Of a DNA stretch of 64,000 bases, positions 35,389 to 48,168 are shown one piece after another. The position numbers and the translations under genes are program-made. The notes under the pieces are model-generated. The model worked only from the letters and a program-made list of their open reading frames with translations. It was not told the DNA's origin and did no database searches. This stretch comes from Nemertoderma westbladi (taxonomy: Eukaryota > Animalia > Xenacoelomorpha), in contig JAUCBJ010004334.1 of the NCBI GenBank assembly GCA_032718475.1, positions 62,001 to 126,000 of the forward strand. The letters are read 5' to 3'. Each line of letters opens with the position of its first letter. The first letter of the stretch is position 1.

Positions 35389-36261
35389 TCATGGAAGTTT
35401 GTCGGACTCGATCGACTCGAAGGAGTTACTGATTTGAATAGGTTTACCGGAGACGCGACTGCTCGATGCATCGCGTGGACGGAGAGATTGATCAACGGAT
35501 GCCTTCGCGACAGCCGGTAGATCAGAATCGGTGACCGGATGGGAATATTGGTCGTTGGTTTGTATGGGTGGGGAAGAAACTGTTGGGCAGAGAACCGCGA
35601 CGATATCTTGGATTGTTGTTACTCGGATCGGTTTACCGTTTTGAGAAACGCGAATGGTAACGACACCGGAATATGAATAGGCAGCGTGTAGGCGCCTCGA
35701 CCGCTTTAGTTTCAACGCATGATGTAGAATAGCCATTCGGTGAGGTGTTAGGTGATCTGTTGCGTAGATGCCAGTACCATCCAGTAATTTACGGTTTCCG
35801 AAAACGACCCAGCGTGATGAATGGCCATAAAATCGGACGATAATAGGACGGGACTTTGTCTTACCTTCTTTAGCTATTGAGTTGATACCGGTAGGTGACT
35901 TTCCAAGACGGTGAAAAATGTCAACGGAGTTAAAGTTAATACCTAGGGTGGAGAGAACATCTTGGAGAGATTTCCGATCATCATCTTTGCTACCTTCGGC
36001 AATTCCATGAAGCAGAACCGAGTGCCGCCGCTCGTATTGGTCGAGTTCATCGATATGTAGCTCTTGTGTTGCAATCTTGTCTTTTAGAGCTAGGTTCTCT
36101 CTTTTTAATGTTTCGTTTTCCTTGAGGATAACTGGGATGAGTTCTAGTTGGGTCTTTATGAGCTTAATGTCTCCATCCAAATATTCGAACTTAACTTCAA
36201 TAAGGTCATTAAGCTTTTGTATAGCAGCAGCCCAGTTCTCTTTGTCAGCCTTGCGTGCCAT
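35389..36261 (-). CDS. LINE ORF1 (coiled coil plus RRM, L1-ORF1/Transposase_22-like)
   Basis: Heptad region followed by LDQYERRHSVLLHGIAE, FHRLGK, RPIIVRF and IYATDHLT. Confidence 0.88.
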   Translation of the reverse strand: MARKADKENWAAAIQKLNDLIEVKFEYLDGDIKLIKTQLELIPVILKENETLKRENLALKDKIATQELHIDELDQYERRHSVLLHGIAEGSKDDDRKSLQDVLSTLGINFNSVDIFHRLGKSPTGINSIAKEGKTKSRPIIVRFYGHSSRWVVFGNRKLLDGTGIYATDHLTPHRMAILHHALKLKRSRRLHAAYSYSGVVTIRVSQNGKPIRVTTIQDIVAVLCPTVSSPPIQTNDQYSHPVTDSDLPAVAKASVDQSLRPRDASSSRVSGKPIQISNSFESIESDKLP

Positions 36262-36586
36262 TGCGGAACAGGCAGATCGAGGGTATTGATTGCAGGATTG
36301 AGTATTTAAGTTCAGTATTTATTTGCAAGTATTGGTCTGAGCCAGACAGTCAGCAGTAGCAGTCAGCAGGTAGGCAGTCAGCAGTAGCAGTACATTACAT
36401 TAATTCAACAATAAAACAACCTAAACTTTAATTTGGTTGAACAAATGGTTGATTACTGCTACTGGAATATTGGCTGGAGCGAATAAAACGGAATAGGTGA
36501 TTTTAATCAGGTCGGATTTAATCAACCTTGATTAAATCTTGGCTATATTTACGTTTGATTGGATTATTTAATCAGCTATTGGTTAA

Positions 36587-37374
36587 GGGGGTGGTGGGGG
36601 GTAGTCGAATTTGGGCCAAAAAATTGAATTTTGTAAGTATATCTATCCCATCTGAATCAGAATGTAATGGTCATTCCAAATCTAAAAACAGTTTTTCCAT
36701 ATGATTAATGATATGAACTGTGAAGTATGGGTAGTCTCTAATGTCGCGATATAAATATAAATATAAATCGCTAAATTGTATTTTCCCGTGAATGATTTTT
36801 TCCGCAATGAGCGCGTCTTAAAAAACTTTCACACCCTTCATTTTTTATTGTACAGAGCTCATTCGGGTCTCATGTTAAAGGGAATTTTCAGGAGAACAAA
36901 TGTTAGTATAATTCAAAGCCAATGCTATATCCAAAGAAGAGCTATCCATCATTTAAATGGTGAGCATTCGCAAATTCTGGAGTTATTATATTTCATTGCA
37001 GTCAATTAGTCAGTTATCTTGAAAGTCCTTCTGTAAAATATACTAACATTTGTTCTGAAAATTCCCTTTAAAAATAAGCACTGAATGAGCACTGTACGAT
37101 AAAAAATGAATGGTGTGAAACTTAAATAAACTTGAGACTTAAAGTTAAAGTTAACACAAATATGATTTTATCTATGCAACTACCTGTGAAACACAAATTC
37201 AGCCTACTCAACTACCTGTGAAACTATCCGTACTTCACACATGATATCTCATGAATGAAACAAAATATGGAAAAACGGTTTTTAGATTTAGAATCACTGT
37301 TACATTCTGATTCAGATGGGATAATACTTTCAATCTAAATTTCAATTTTTTGGCCCAAAGTCGACTACACCCCC
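36587..37374. mobile_element. Foldback MITE (Kolobok-like termini)
   Basis: Imperfect TIRs of about 110 bp (GGGGGTAGTCGAATTTGGGCCAAAAAATTGAA / TTCAATTTTTTGGCCCAAAGTCGACTACACCCCC). Inner inverted pair at 36820-36909 and 37038-37122. Left flank is TTAA. Confidence 0.8.
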
Positions 37375-37471
37375 TAATATAGCATAGCCTGATTAATTTG
37401 AACTGTAAGTTGATAAATAATCAAGTTTTGCTGATGATGCACGCCAGTGCAATCAAATTAAACATGACAAA

Positions 37472-37606
37472 CCTGATTAATTAATCAGCTCCTGATTAGT
37501 TAATTAGCCCTGATTAGTTAATTAGCCCTGATTAGATATCAACCCTGATTAATTAATCAGCCCTGATTAATTAATTAATCAGCCCTGATTAATTAATCAA
37601 CCCTGA
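37472..37606. repeat. Array of about 18-bp palindromic units CCTGATTAATTAATCAG
   Basis: About 7 variable units. Confidence 0.85.
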
Positions 37607-37844
37607 CATTTGGGCTGATTAAATTCGGTTGAACACAGTACTGGTCGTCTGGTACCGGGTACCAGCTACTGCGGTACCGGTACTAAGGTTGAATTGAATT
37701 GCCGACCTATTGTCTGTTAGTTGCTTGTTTCTACCTGTACTAAACACTAAACCGAAAGTGGATGAACTAAACATTGAAAATATATAACTAACTTGCATGT
37801 AATGTAATAGAGGTGTAGTGTGTAGTGGTATCGGTACTTACTGT

Positions 37845-40800
37845 TGAAAGTAAGTAACACCCAGTAATAGTAAATGGACAGAAATGTGATTAGATTCAGA
37901 TTCAAGTGACTGTGTGTTCTTTTGGTTTAAGAATTACACAAAAAATCCAGATTGGAGTCCACATTGAAAATAAATTCGTCAAATTGCGGATCTTTTCTTA
38001 CTTTTTGGGGGGTGCAGCTGCATCCCTTGCACCCCATTGGCGCCGGCCATGCAACCATGTCTCGCAAGCATACAACAAACTTGAGACTACACAAGCCTCA
38101 AAAACTCTACTACGTTTGTATATGAAGGGCATAGATGGGTTTGCTTTATAAAAAATCAAAAATTTATTAGAGGCGTCTACGCATCGCTTTTCATGGTGTG
38201 CCAGAACGGAGGACAGTAATGTATTCGCTGTAAATGGTGATCTTTCTTAAAATCCCCTAAAATTAATGGCAGTTGATCACTTTTCTCACCGTTAATAACA
38301 AAAAATCTAGTTTTGTCCTCATTCATTTTCTTTCCTGAAAATTTACAAAATTTTTTTACAAAATTTTACAAAATCTACTACAGCTTGTAATTTAATTCAG
38401 TTAAGCACCATATCAGTTATTATTAATTAAGCTCCCTTTGATTGATATGATTGATATGAGCCCATACGGGCTCTTATATTTTTTTAATATCAAGGATGAC
38501 CGCACACAATATTAAAATTGTGCAATCAGTATACTATACAGTACAGTACAGTAGACCTTTCTGGAAGTAGAAAGTATAACATTATCATCCATTAAAATAA
38601 TTACATGTAGTACACCAATGAACCCATCCCTCTCAACAGCCTGTCTAATCATAATGACCATCTTTTGAGAAAAATACTAAATAAAATACAGCTGCTTGGG
38701 GCGCCTTGTCTAACACCAACGGTAGAAATCACAACAGCAGCAGTGCTTAAAATATTTTTTGTGCATTTATACACAGTGCTTTAATCATGGCTTTACCGCA
38801 ACCCAATTCCTTTAAATATTCAAAATTTTTCGTGTGACACCCTATCTGTAAGCTTTGCTGTAATCAATGAAAACGACAAAAAGTCGTTATCTTTCTATAT
38901 ACAGCAAAATTAATTATTAAGCGCAAAGCCATTATTTGTTCTATACACCCTCAGCCCCATTGTGCACCAGCCTGACACGAGTCAATACTACACCACAATA
39001 GCAATCTCTTAGTTATTATTATGTCATATAGCTTAGAACAAGTGTCCATGATGCTAATCCCTCGATATTGTTACAATCTAGCTTATTCCCCTTTTCAAAC
39101 AACATACACAGCTTACTACGACACCAGTCAGTCAGAGTACCAACAAAATATAAATATTAAGTGGAATTGATTTAGTTACCATCACAAAGCATCCCCCATC
39201 TGTAAACAGTACCAAAGTATTTTAAATTTGTTTGGTTTAAAACAAATTATTCGAGATTCTACCAGAATTACCAGTAAAACTTCTACTTTACTAGATCACA
39301 TCCTTTGTAATAATACCGATATTATTTCTCAATCTGGGGTTTTACCTATAGGTCTAAGCGATCATTTTATAGTTTTTTGCACAAGAAAGACACAAAAATC
39401 TTTTTTCGGGGATCATAAAACAGTAACAGTTAGGTCTATGAAAAATTACAGCAAGGAACGCTTTTTAAGTTTGTTAGTTAATTCTGACTGGGAACCCTGT
39501 TTTAAGGCCGCTGACATTAACCTTGCGTACACTGTTTTTAAAGATATATTTTTAAAGGCACTTAATACTGTAGCACCAATTAAAGAAATTAGACTTAAAC
39601 AACGCACTGAGCCCTGGATGACCTCGGGTATTCTTAGTAATATCAGAGAAAGAGATAACTATTTGTATAAATTTAGGAAATACCGTGTTTTAGCTGATTA
39701 TAATAATTACTGCAAATATAGAAACCTTGTCCAACGGGAAATAAAAAAAGCTAAATCTGAATATTTGTACAACAAAATAAGTGAGAATAAAGATAATCCA
39801 AAAAGTCTATGGTCTACCCTAAAATCTTTAGGTTATAAAAACCTTAAATCTAAATCGAATATTGTTCTGCAAGATAACGGTGAGCTGATTCATGATCATA
39901 CTCTAGTTAGTAATTTATTTAATAATTATTTTACTAATGTTGCCTCTAATTTAGTTAAGAAATTACCGTTATCAAGTAATAAATATAGTATAGGGTCCGA
40001 AACTCTAAATAATTTTTATTTAGAAAAGTTACAAAATTCAGAAAAGTTATTTTTAAAACCCGTTTCTGAGGATTTCGTTTTTAAAAATCTACTTAGCCTA
40101 TCAGCCTCAAAAAGTACCGGTCTAGATCTAATACCTGCCCGTTTTCTTAAGGATGGTGCTGAAGTACTTAAAGTGCCTATTACTTTTATTATTAATTACT
40201 CTATCGTAGATAATGTAGTACCAGACGAACTGAAATTAGCTAAGGTTGTTCCTCTGTATAAAAAGAATAGTAAAGTAGAACCCTGTAATTACAGACCTGT
40301 TAGTATCTTAAGTATTGTATCTAAAATTCTAGAACGTTCTGTTTTTCTACAGCTGGAGGCACATCTTAGTAGGCTAAATCTGATTTATGAACTTCAGTCC
40401 GGTTTTCGTAAATCATATTCTACAGACACCTGCCTTATTAACTTAACTGATACAATTAGATGTAATAACGCAAAGGGTTTATATACTGGTATGGTAATGT
40501 TGGACCTACAAAAGGCTTTCGATACTGTAGATCACGAAATTCTGCTTGGTAAGTTAGGCCTGATGGGTGTAGGTTCTATAGACTGGTTCAAGTCCTACCT
40601 GTCAGACAGAGGTCAAACTGTAGTCATTAGCAAATCGCTGTCTACTGTACAAGAAATTACCTGTGGTGTACCGCAAGGTAGTATATTAGGTCCTCTGCTT
40701 TTTGTATGCTATGTAAATGATATGATAAGTAGTATAGATCCCGATTTTAAACTCATTTTATATGCCGACGACAGTGCTCTTATTTTCTCTCATAAAGATC

Positions 40801-41945
40801 CTATCCATATTTCCCAAAAGTTAAGTGCAGTTCTAGAATCCTGTAATGAGTGGTTGGTTGATAATAAGCTATCCATTCACAACGGTAAAACTGAAAGTAT
40901 TTTGTTTGGTTCCAAAAGAAAGTTAAAGAAGGTAACTAAGTTTGAAGTCACTAGTAATGGACATAAGATTGAAAATAAAAAGGAAGTTAAATATTTAGGC
41001 GCCACATTGGATAACTGCTTATCAGGAGAAAGTACAGTGAAAAATATTTTCTCGAAAGTTAACAGTAGGCTTAGGTTTCTATACAGAAATAAAAATAGTT
41101 TGAACACCGACTCCCGCAAGTTACTTTGCTCTTCTTTAATACAGTGTCACATGGACTATGCGTGCTCTTCTTGGTATGAAGGCTTAACCAAACAACTTAA
41201 ATGTAAATTACAAGTAGCTCAGAATAAAGTAGTACGATTTATTAAAGACTACAAACCTAGGCACCACCTAACTCCAGATGACTTTTCTGAATCTGGACTA
41301 CTTAACTTAGATAGTAGAGTTAAGCAGCTACGCCTTAACCATGTGCATAAAGTGTATAATGGTAAATGTCCCAATTACCTGAAACAAAAATTCAACAGAG
41401 TACGCGATACACACTCTTACAGTACCAGAGCTAGTGCTTCAAACTTCTACCTCCCGAATTGTAAATCCTTCGAATCGGATACTTTCTTTTTTAACGGCAT
41501 AAAAAATTGGAACGCTCTGCCTAATGAAATTAAAAACCTAAATAATCAACATTCTTTTAAATCTGCAGTTAAATCTCACCTCCGTGTGCAATGTAAAAAT
41601 AGGTACAATAGTCCTACAGTAAGTTATTAGTTTATTAATTATTTACTATTTATACTGTAATTACGTTTTATAATAAATTGTTCTGTACATTACATATTTA
41701 TCGTTGAGTCGGGCATTGTCACGCTCTCGGTAAAGTTGTACATGTACATAGTGTAATTACGTTTTATATTGGTTTTAGGTTAGCGTAGTGTAATATTGTA
41801 TTTGTAACCAAGTAACATAAAGGACCCCCTTGGAAATAAGCTGCAAAGCTTTAGGGGTAATCCTATATGTTATGTTGGACAATACCTTTATACCGGTATA
41901 TTGTTTGGTGTATTTGTTATTGTTTTTACATAATGTATAAATAAA
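37845..41945 (+). repeat. Inverted duplication partner of 16190-25707
   Basis: 37845-38856 is the reverse complement of 24697-25707. 38845-41945 is the reverse complement of 16190-18260 apart from the 1029-bp deletion. Confidence 0.95.
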
Positions 41946-41955
41946 TCTATCTATA
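39208..41955 (+). mobile_element. CR1-group LINE family A, copy 2 (5'-truncated within the endonuclease)
   Basis: Open ORF2 remnant, 3' UTR of about 310 bp, and an AATAAA-TCTATCTA tail. Confidence 0.95.
39228..41630 (+). CDS. LINE ORF2 (partial endonuclease plus complete RT), 800 aa
   Basis: TLLDH, SDH, NYRPVS, QSGFR, DLQKAFD, GVPQGS, YADD and WNALP motifs. Confidence 0.93.
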   Translation: MFGLKQIIRDSTRITSKTSTLLDHILCNNTDIISQSGVLPIGLSDHFIVFCTRKTQKSFFGDHKTVTVRSMKNYSKERFLSLLVNSDWEPCFKAADINLAYTVFKDIFLKALNTVAPIKEIRLKQRTEPWMTSGILSNIRERDNYLYKFRKYRVLADYNNYCKYRNLVQREIKKAKSEYLYNKISENKDNPKSLWSTLKSLGYKNLKSKSNIVLQDNGELIHDHTLVSNLFNNYFTNVASNLVKKLPLSSNKYSIGSETLNNFYLEKLQNSEKLFLKPVSEDFVFKNLLSLSASKSTGLDLIPARFLKDGAEVLKVPITFIINYSIVDNVVPDELKLAKVVPLYKKNSKVEPCNYRPVSILSIVSKILERSVFLQLEAHLSRLNLIYELQSGFRKSYSTDTCLINLTDTIRCNNAKGLYTGMVMLDLQKAFDTVDHEILLGKLGLMGVGSIDWFKSYLSDRGQTVVISKSLSTVQEITCGVPQGSILGPLLFVCYVNDMISSIDPDFKLILYADDSALIFSHKDPIHISQKLSAVLESCNEWLVDNKLSIHNGKTESILFGSKRKLKKVTKFEVTSNGHKIENKKEVKYLGATLDNCLSGESTVKNIFSKVNSRLRFLYRNKNSLNTDSRKLLCSSLIQCHMDYACSSWYEGLTKQLKCKLQVAQNKVVRFIKDYKPRHHLTPDDFSESGLLNLDSRVKQLRLNHVHKVYNGKCPNYLKQKFNRVRDTHSYSTRASASNFYLPNCKSFESDTFFFNGIKNWNALPNEIKNLNNQHSFKSAVKSHLRVQCKNRYNSPTVSY

Positions 41956-42720
41956 TATGCTAAGTTAATTTCATCATGTATTTTTATGCGGACGCACATA
42001 TCTTTAAATTTCCTAACAAATTATTAATTAACATTAAAAGTCATATACATATAATAATAGTAATACATGATAGTGTGCAACATAATATCAGTTAATGAAA
42101 AAATTAGGCATCGAATTATTGTGAATGGAATTTGAAGTATAATTATTTCCTTGCGATATTTACCATCACGTTATTGCATTGGTTTAATTTCTTCGAATAT
42201 ACACAGTGTGAATATAATATACAGTTTGAATTTCTATAATATAATATAATATTAATAATCTTGGGAATTAAATGGAAAGATCCTTTCTTGTTTGCTATCA
42301 AATGTTTTCAGGAATAATACTTGATTGATATAATTAATTAATTAACTAACACCCTTTACATTTAATTAGGGTTTAAGAAACCATAATAATACATTACAAT
42401 GGCATAGATGGAAGCAAGCCTAGAGTAGCCTCAGATAGCATGTGGTTAGTAGAGCCAGCAATAGGGCATGGCGCCCTTTTAGCGCAACAACCAGTCGCAT
42501 ATCGGAGCACTTGCCATTGAATGATTTACATTTTATAACGGAAGTTGGCTAGCTTTAATGCGCACCGCTTGTCTCATAGGGATAGGGCAAATGTAAAAAT
42601 ACTCTAACTCTCTCTTGGAAGACGATTTTCTGAGAGATACAGTAGCTCTATTGTTCTAGGGCATACAACAACAATTAAATTACAGAACCAACGGTCAAGA
42701 AAGTAACCATTCAGAAAGTA

Positions 42721-43215
42721 TGTGGGGCAAGCGACGAAAGTAAGCGAGCTTAGCATACAGGTACCACTAACTCTATCGGTGTGTCTGTTGCTCTGTTGTT
42801 GATCTGTTGCTCTGTTGTTCTGTTGTACTGTTGTTCTGTCGTTCTGTCATGTCCAATTTTAAACGTTGATAACTCAGCCAAATATTAATGAAATTTAACC
42901 AAACTTGGTACCTAACCTGGCCAAAGTTTATAAATTTTTCAAGTTGAATTTTCGTGTGGCCTTCGAGAAGCTAAGATAATAGCAGTTAATTAGTTAATTA
43001 AGTTGATTAGGGTAAAAACATCAATTTCAACCTGCCTTCTTAAAGGATATTAATTATTTTCTAGTATAAGATTTAAATAATAATTATACTTAAAAGTTAT
43101 ACAACTGTAATCCCCATACACGATACCATTACAGTTTTTAATTAGTTCAAGAGATTTGCTTTGATTTGATGTATTTTTAATGGATCTAAACGTAATTAAA
43201 TTAAAATGCACTCCA
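42721..43215 (+). mobile_element. Interspersed non-coding repeat (DINE-1/Helentron-like), copy b
   Basis: Homologous to 34620-35053. A CTGTT microsatellite is followed by an AACTCAG...AAACTTGG block. Confidence 0.6.
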
Positions 43216-43733
43216 TTACAGTACATAACGCTCATTGTGACCTGTACAAAACAAAGAGGTAAAGTCGCGTCACGTCCCAAAGAGCGTTAGGTTCCAAAGA
43301 GCTTTAGGTCCCATTGCCAGAGAGCGTGAGGTCACATTGCCATTTAAAGGAGCAGGTTAGTAAAGAAGCAGGTTACAGAGGCGTGTTGGGGAACCAAAAC
43401 AATAAACGAAAGTTAACACATGTGTTTTGTATTTCTACAGGTCTTTATTATTTGGGTCGTTGGTCTTTGTTTTGTAGTTACCCGACCCTGCGGTGTTGCG
43501 TTGCACCCACACTCAACTCCCAACTTCCTGGACACTAGGATACTGAGTGAAAGCGTCTGAAACTACTACAGGAACTCCATGACAGACTATGGGCTAGCGA
43601 CTAGGGACTGGCGCCCTTACGAACATGTAAACTGTAGTACCTACTGTACCACCTACCTTAAAGTGACCTGTGGGACCAGCCCATTATTAGTGAGGTCGGC
43701 ATTTCTCTTTATCCTGCCGCTCTCTTTGTATTG

Positions 43734-44069
43734 CAATAGCATACAGCTAACCAATGGCAATGGTCTACCCCCAGTGCGGGAAAGACAAGCTGGCTACCAT
43801 TGATCATTGAAATGAATAGGGGAAGGATAATATGGTGTGTTCGTGTTCCCATCCTAATGTCTGTCGTCTTGGCTCAGCTAAGCTTAAACAGAGCCACATT
43901 ACAATAGCATACAGCTAACCAATGGCAATAGTCTACCCCCATTGCGGGAAAGACAAGCTGGCTACCATTGATCATTGAAATGAATAGGGGAAGGATAATA
44001 TGGTGTGTTCGTGTTCCCATCCTAATGTCTGTCGTCTTGGCTCAGCTAAGCTTAAACAGAGCCACAGTC
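43734..44069. repeat. 168-bp tandem duplication
   Basis: Units start at 43734 and 43902 and are nearly identical. Confidence 0.95.
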
Positions 44070-44454
44070 TACAATAGAGCTTTACCTAAATACACTTCCA
44101 GTGAGCCAAGCAGTAGTGGTGGGTTAGCTCCAAAATGCCCATGTAGGATTTCTTCGGGGGGGGGGGGGGGGGGGGGGGGGGTTGGGGAGGGAATGTCCGG
44201 AAATCGAAGCCTTTTTCTATCTGCCAACATCCTGGGCTTTACTTACACTCAGCCTCTATTCACTGGCTGTGATTGACAAGCCAACGTGCCTCAGAAGTTC
44301 CTTTCATGAATGCCGCAATTTATATTTGGCCATTTTGGTCGTTTTGGCCGCCAAAATGACCAAGTTAATGTTTATTGGGATTGGGACTGTACTCGTGGAC
44401 ACATATTGGCCAATATGAATCCAGGGGAATGGATAATTAAATTCGTACTGTAAC

Positions 44455-44700
44455 TGGTTAAATAACTGTCCTTCGTCATATAAACCCACATTATACAAAA
44501 TATACATTGATGATTGTTTCATGATCTTTGATTCTAAGGAACAATCTTTACTATTTTTAGACTACCTCAACAAACAGCACGCTAACATAACTTTCACATG
44601 TGAACACGAAACCGATTCTAAACTATTTTTCTTGGACGTTCTTGTTACTATCAACAATAATTTATCTATCGCCGCATCCATTTACCACAAACCTACATAG
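44455..44700 (+). mobile_element. Penelope-like element RT fragment
   Basis: Not in the ORF track. Translates WLNNCPSSYKPTLYKIYIDDCF...LNKQHANITFTCEHETDSKLFFLDVLV...IYHKPT*, the PLE YVDD / FTxExE / FLDV / YRKPT signature. Confidence 0.85.
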
Positions 44701-44922
44701 GTAGTAAACCTACGAGAGTACATCAGTACTGATGTTGTGACTGATACTGCAATGTACCGGTAGTTCTCTAGCAGCACTAGCAGACATCTGACTTTGATTC
44801 AATATTCCATACCATACTGCCCTTACACTGCCTTTTCGCTTTACATAATTAACTGTTGTTGACTTAAAGGTCACGCGTTTCAATCTGAAAAAGATTACAT
44901 TCCTACCTGGAACTATTTGAAT

Positions 44923-46788
44923 ATGACTCCTACTCCTTACACTCCAGAGAGGCCTCCGATTACCGGTAGGTCTACATCGCCGGTCGCGGCCACTGACTAT
45001 CAAAACTCTCCGTCCCACTCGTCAACTGAGCCGATACCTACACTACCGGTAGGCCTATTAGCTCCAGCACTTCCGCAGTCGCCAGACGCCTCATTGATTG
45101 TCTTGGGGGCCGATAGTCAGATTAATTCAAATGATGACGCCGGTACCGCTGCTGGTATTCTCATCGAGTGTACCGGTACTCATACACCCGATTCTATTGA
45201 TTATTCAAGTTGGTCTAATAATCGACTGAAAAAAGAGCTGTCAGCTTATGGCCTTAAAACATCCAGGAATAAGACATAATTAATTCTTAGACTACAATCT
45301 AAACCAGAAACTAATCACTTAGTTACGGTACGTGGTCGCTCTCGATCTCTACAGCAGCCAATAAGCCCTCCTAGTAGGCATACCTCACTCACTAAACAAA
45401 GCAATTTCGCAGTGACTATAGCTGATAGTGCTGGTCCAGAAACTAATTCTAATCAGATGATTTCCACTCCAGTAATTAATCAACTGAAAGAATACTTTAG
45501 TGAAGAGTTAACTAGGGTGTCTAGTCCAGTGTCTGTGGTGGCCAGCAAACTAGATGGCGTAGCTGAAAGGTTGTTTGAAATTGAAAAAAGTCAACATTTT
45601 ATATCAGATGGATATGATAGACTATTTAATCTTGTTTCATCCCTAAAAGAAGAAAACGAATATCTCAAATCGTCTGTCAAATCTATGGGTGATAAACTGG
45701 TGTCACAAGAAATTACGATAAGAAAACAGGAGACTCAGATCAATGACATGGACCAGTATCAAAAGAGGAATAACATCATTATAAATGGAATCCCCGAGTT
45801 AGTCGACGATGCAGTCCTCGAAGAAACGGTAATTAAAATCGGAGAATGCCTCGGAGTTACACACTTAACATCAGCCTCAATAGAGGCCTGTCATCGTTTA
45901 GGGCGCAAGTCATCAACCGCTGTTCGAAATACACCGCGAAGTGTCATTTGTCGATTCCCGAATAGAAAACATAAAGAAGAGCTAATGAATAAAAGAGGAA
46001 AATTAAATAGCGGCTGCCTGTCGAAATTAAACCTGGGGAAAATTTACTTCAATGAGCACCTGTCCAATGCAAATAGAGACCTTTTTAACAAGGCTCTATC
46101 CGCTAAGAAAAACCTTAATCTTAAGTATATTTGGTCCCGAAATGGCGCAATATTTTTGAGAAAGGACGACGGGAGTACCGCCTATAGAATATCTTCTCAT
46201 GATGCGCTAAACGATGTCATCCGAAGGTATGACACTGATCAGCCTTCTTCTGGTAGGAACAAACGCGACTATACCGATTCCGCTAAACGTCCGGGCGAGA
46301 TTCGGTCATCCGGCACGTACAAACGCGACTATACCGATTTCGCTAAACGTCCGGGCGAGATTCGGTCGTCCGGCACGTACAACCGCGACTATACCGATTC
46401 CGCTAAACGTTCGGACGAGATTCGGTCGTCCGGCACGTACAAACGCGACTATACCGATTCCCCTAAACGTCTGGACGAGATTCGGTCGTCCGGCACGTAC
46501 AAACGCGACTATACAGATTCCGCTAAACGTTCGGACGAGATTCGGTCGTCCGGCACGTGCACACGCGACTATACCGATTCCGCTAAACGTTCGGACGAGA
46601 TTCTCTCTCCCGGTAGGAGCCAGAGTGACCGCACTGAGGTCCACCCAGAGGCTGTTCACCACCAGAGTTCCTCCCCTGACTTTGTCAGGGGCCGAGTTGA
46701 TAATTCCCAGGTCATTTCGATGGTTGATGGATTGGACATACATTCGAAATACGACTGTTTGAGCGACCTAGGGGAAAACTTGGATTGA
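44923..46788 (+). pseudogene. LINE ORF1 with SAP-like motif, coiled coil, RRM and a 20-aa repeat; one premature stop at 45277-45279
   Basis: ORFs 44917-45279 and 45412-46788 share a frame. Motifs: WSNNRLKKELSAYGLKTSRNKT*LILRL, MDQYQKRNNIIINGIPE, ACHRLG, IYFNEHL. Confidence 0.85.
46250..46606. repeat. 60-bp coding tandem repeat, 6 copies
   Basis: Units of A(A/C)(A/C)CGCGACTATAC... at 46261, 46321, 46381, 46441, 46501 and 46561. Confidence 0.95.
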
Positions 46789-47167
46789 TGGAATGCTTAT
46801 CGCAGTTGAGCTACCTTGTGTGTTAGAGTCGACTCACTAGGTTTTAAACATGAGCTCAAATAGAAAAGGAATTCAAATAGATAAGTAAATCCTATCATTA
46901 ATTCCTGCTTTTTTGCTTTTTAACTTGCATCATTAAACTATGTGAAAATTTATTTTTCTGTTTGTAGAGTACTTGAACTGTAAACTTACTAAATTGAACT
47001 TCGTCTGTAAACTGAACTTATAGATCGTCGCTTAACTAACTTGATATTATTTCTTCTTGGAAGACTAAATCCAAAAAAATAGTAAACATATAAAAAATAA
47101 AATTTATATGTTAAAAATAATGGAAAAGGCCTATGTGCTATTTTAACCCTTTCGATAGGGCTAATAC

Positions 47168-47940
47168 CTACAATTTTTGGTTGAACTAGTTTTTTATACG
47201 TTGGTTGAACTAAGCTACAATTTTTGGTTGAACTAGTTTTTTATACGTTGGTTGAACTAAGCTACAATGTTTTGGTTGAACTAGATTTTTATACGTTGGT
47301 TGAACTAAGCTACAATGTTTTGGTTGAACTAGTTTTTTATACGTTGGTTGAATTAAGCTACAATTTTTGGTTGAACTAGTTTTTTATACGTTGGTTGAAC
47401 TAAGCTACAATTTTTGGTTGAACTAGTTTTTATACGTTGGTTGAACTAAGCTACAATGTTTTGGTTGAACTAGTTTCTTATACGTTGGTTGAACTAAGCT
47501 ACAATTTTTGGTTGAACTAGTTTTTTATACATTGGTTGAACTAAGCTACAATGTTTTGGTTGAACTAGTTTTTTATACGTTGGTTGAACTAAGCTACAAT
47601 GTTTTGGTTGAACTAGTTTCTTATACGTTGGTTGAACTAAGCTACAATTTTTGGTTGAACTAGTTTTTTATACGTTGGTTGAACTAAGCTACAATGTTTT
47701 GGTTGAACTAGTTTTTTATACGTTGGTTGAACTAAGCTACAATGTTTTGGTTGAACTAGTTTCTTATACGTTGGTTGTACTAAGCTACAATTTTTGGTTG
47801 AACTAGTTTTTTATACGTTGGTTAAACTAAGCTACAATGTTTTGGTTGAACTAGTTTTTTATACGTTGGTTGAACTAAGCTACAATGTTTTGGTTGAACT
47901 AGTTTTCTTTTCATACGTTGGTTGAACTAAGCTACAATAT
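47168..47940. repeat. 47-48-bp minisatellite, about 16 copies, each with two TTGGTTGAACTA subunits
   Basis: CTACAAT(G)TTTTGGTTGAACTAGTTTTTTATACGTTGGTTGAACTAAG repeated head to tail. Confidence 0.95.
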
Positions 47941-48168
47941 TTTGTTAGGATAATGTATGGTTGGGATATTGGTACTGGGCATTTTAATTATTGTATTACT
48001 TCTGTCTAGTGCTGTAGATTCTCCGGTAAACAACACTAATTGTCTATGGAGTGTCCCCGTTCACTTATTTGATCCGACGACTACAAAAAAACTACCCCCC
48101 ACCCCCACCCCTCACTCTCTCTCTCTACCCCTACCGCCTACCCTACTCAAATCTACTAAACTAACGCT

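Larger units (their letters stand above)
30030..36400 (-). mobile_element. Decayed two-ORF CR1-group LINE (ORF1, long spacer with insertions, PHD-EN-RT ORF2)
   Basis: ORF1 35389-36261 lies upstream of collinear ORF2 pieces on the same strand. Linking the two is inferred from order, and the ends are approximate. Confidence 0.7.

Noticed and set aside
40122-41150. The segment missing from copy 1 as a spliced intron
   Set aside because: Its ends are CT...AC and cannot be shifted to GT...AG on the LINE sense strand. On the opposite strand they read GT...AG, but the donor (GTGACA) and acceptor (GATCTAG) contexts are poor, so I do not claim splicing.
47168-47940. CRISPR-like array (regularly spaced TTGGTTGAACTA)
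   Set aside because: The intervening sequences are themselves repeated rather than unique spacers. There are no cas genes, and the context is eukaryotic TE sequence.
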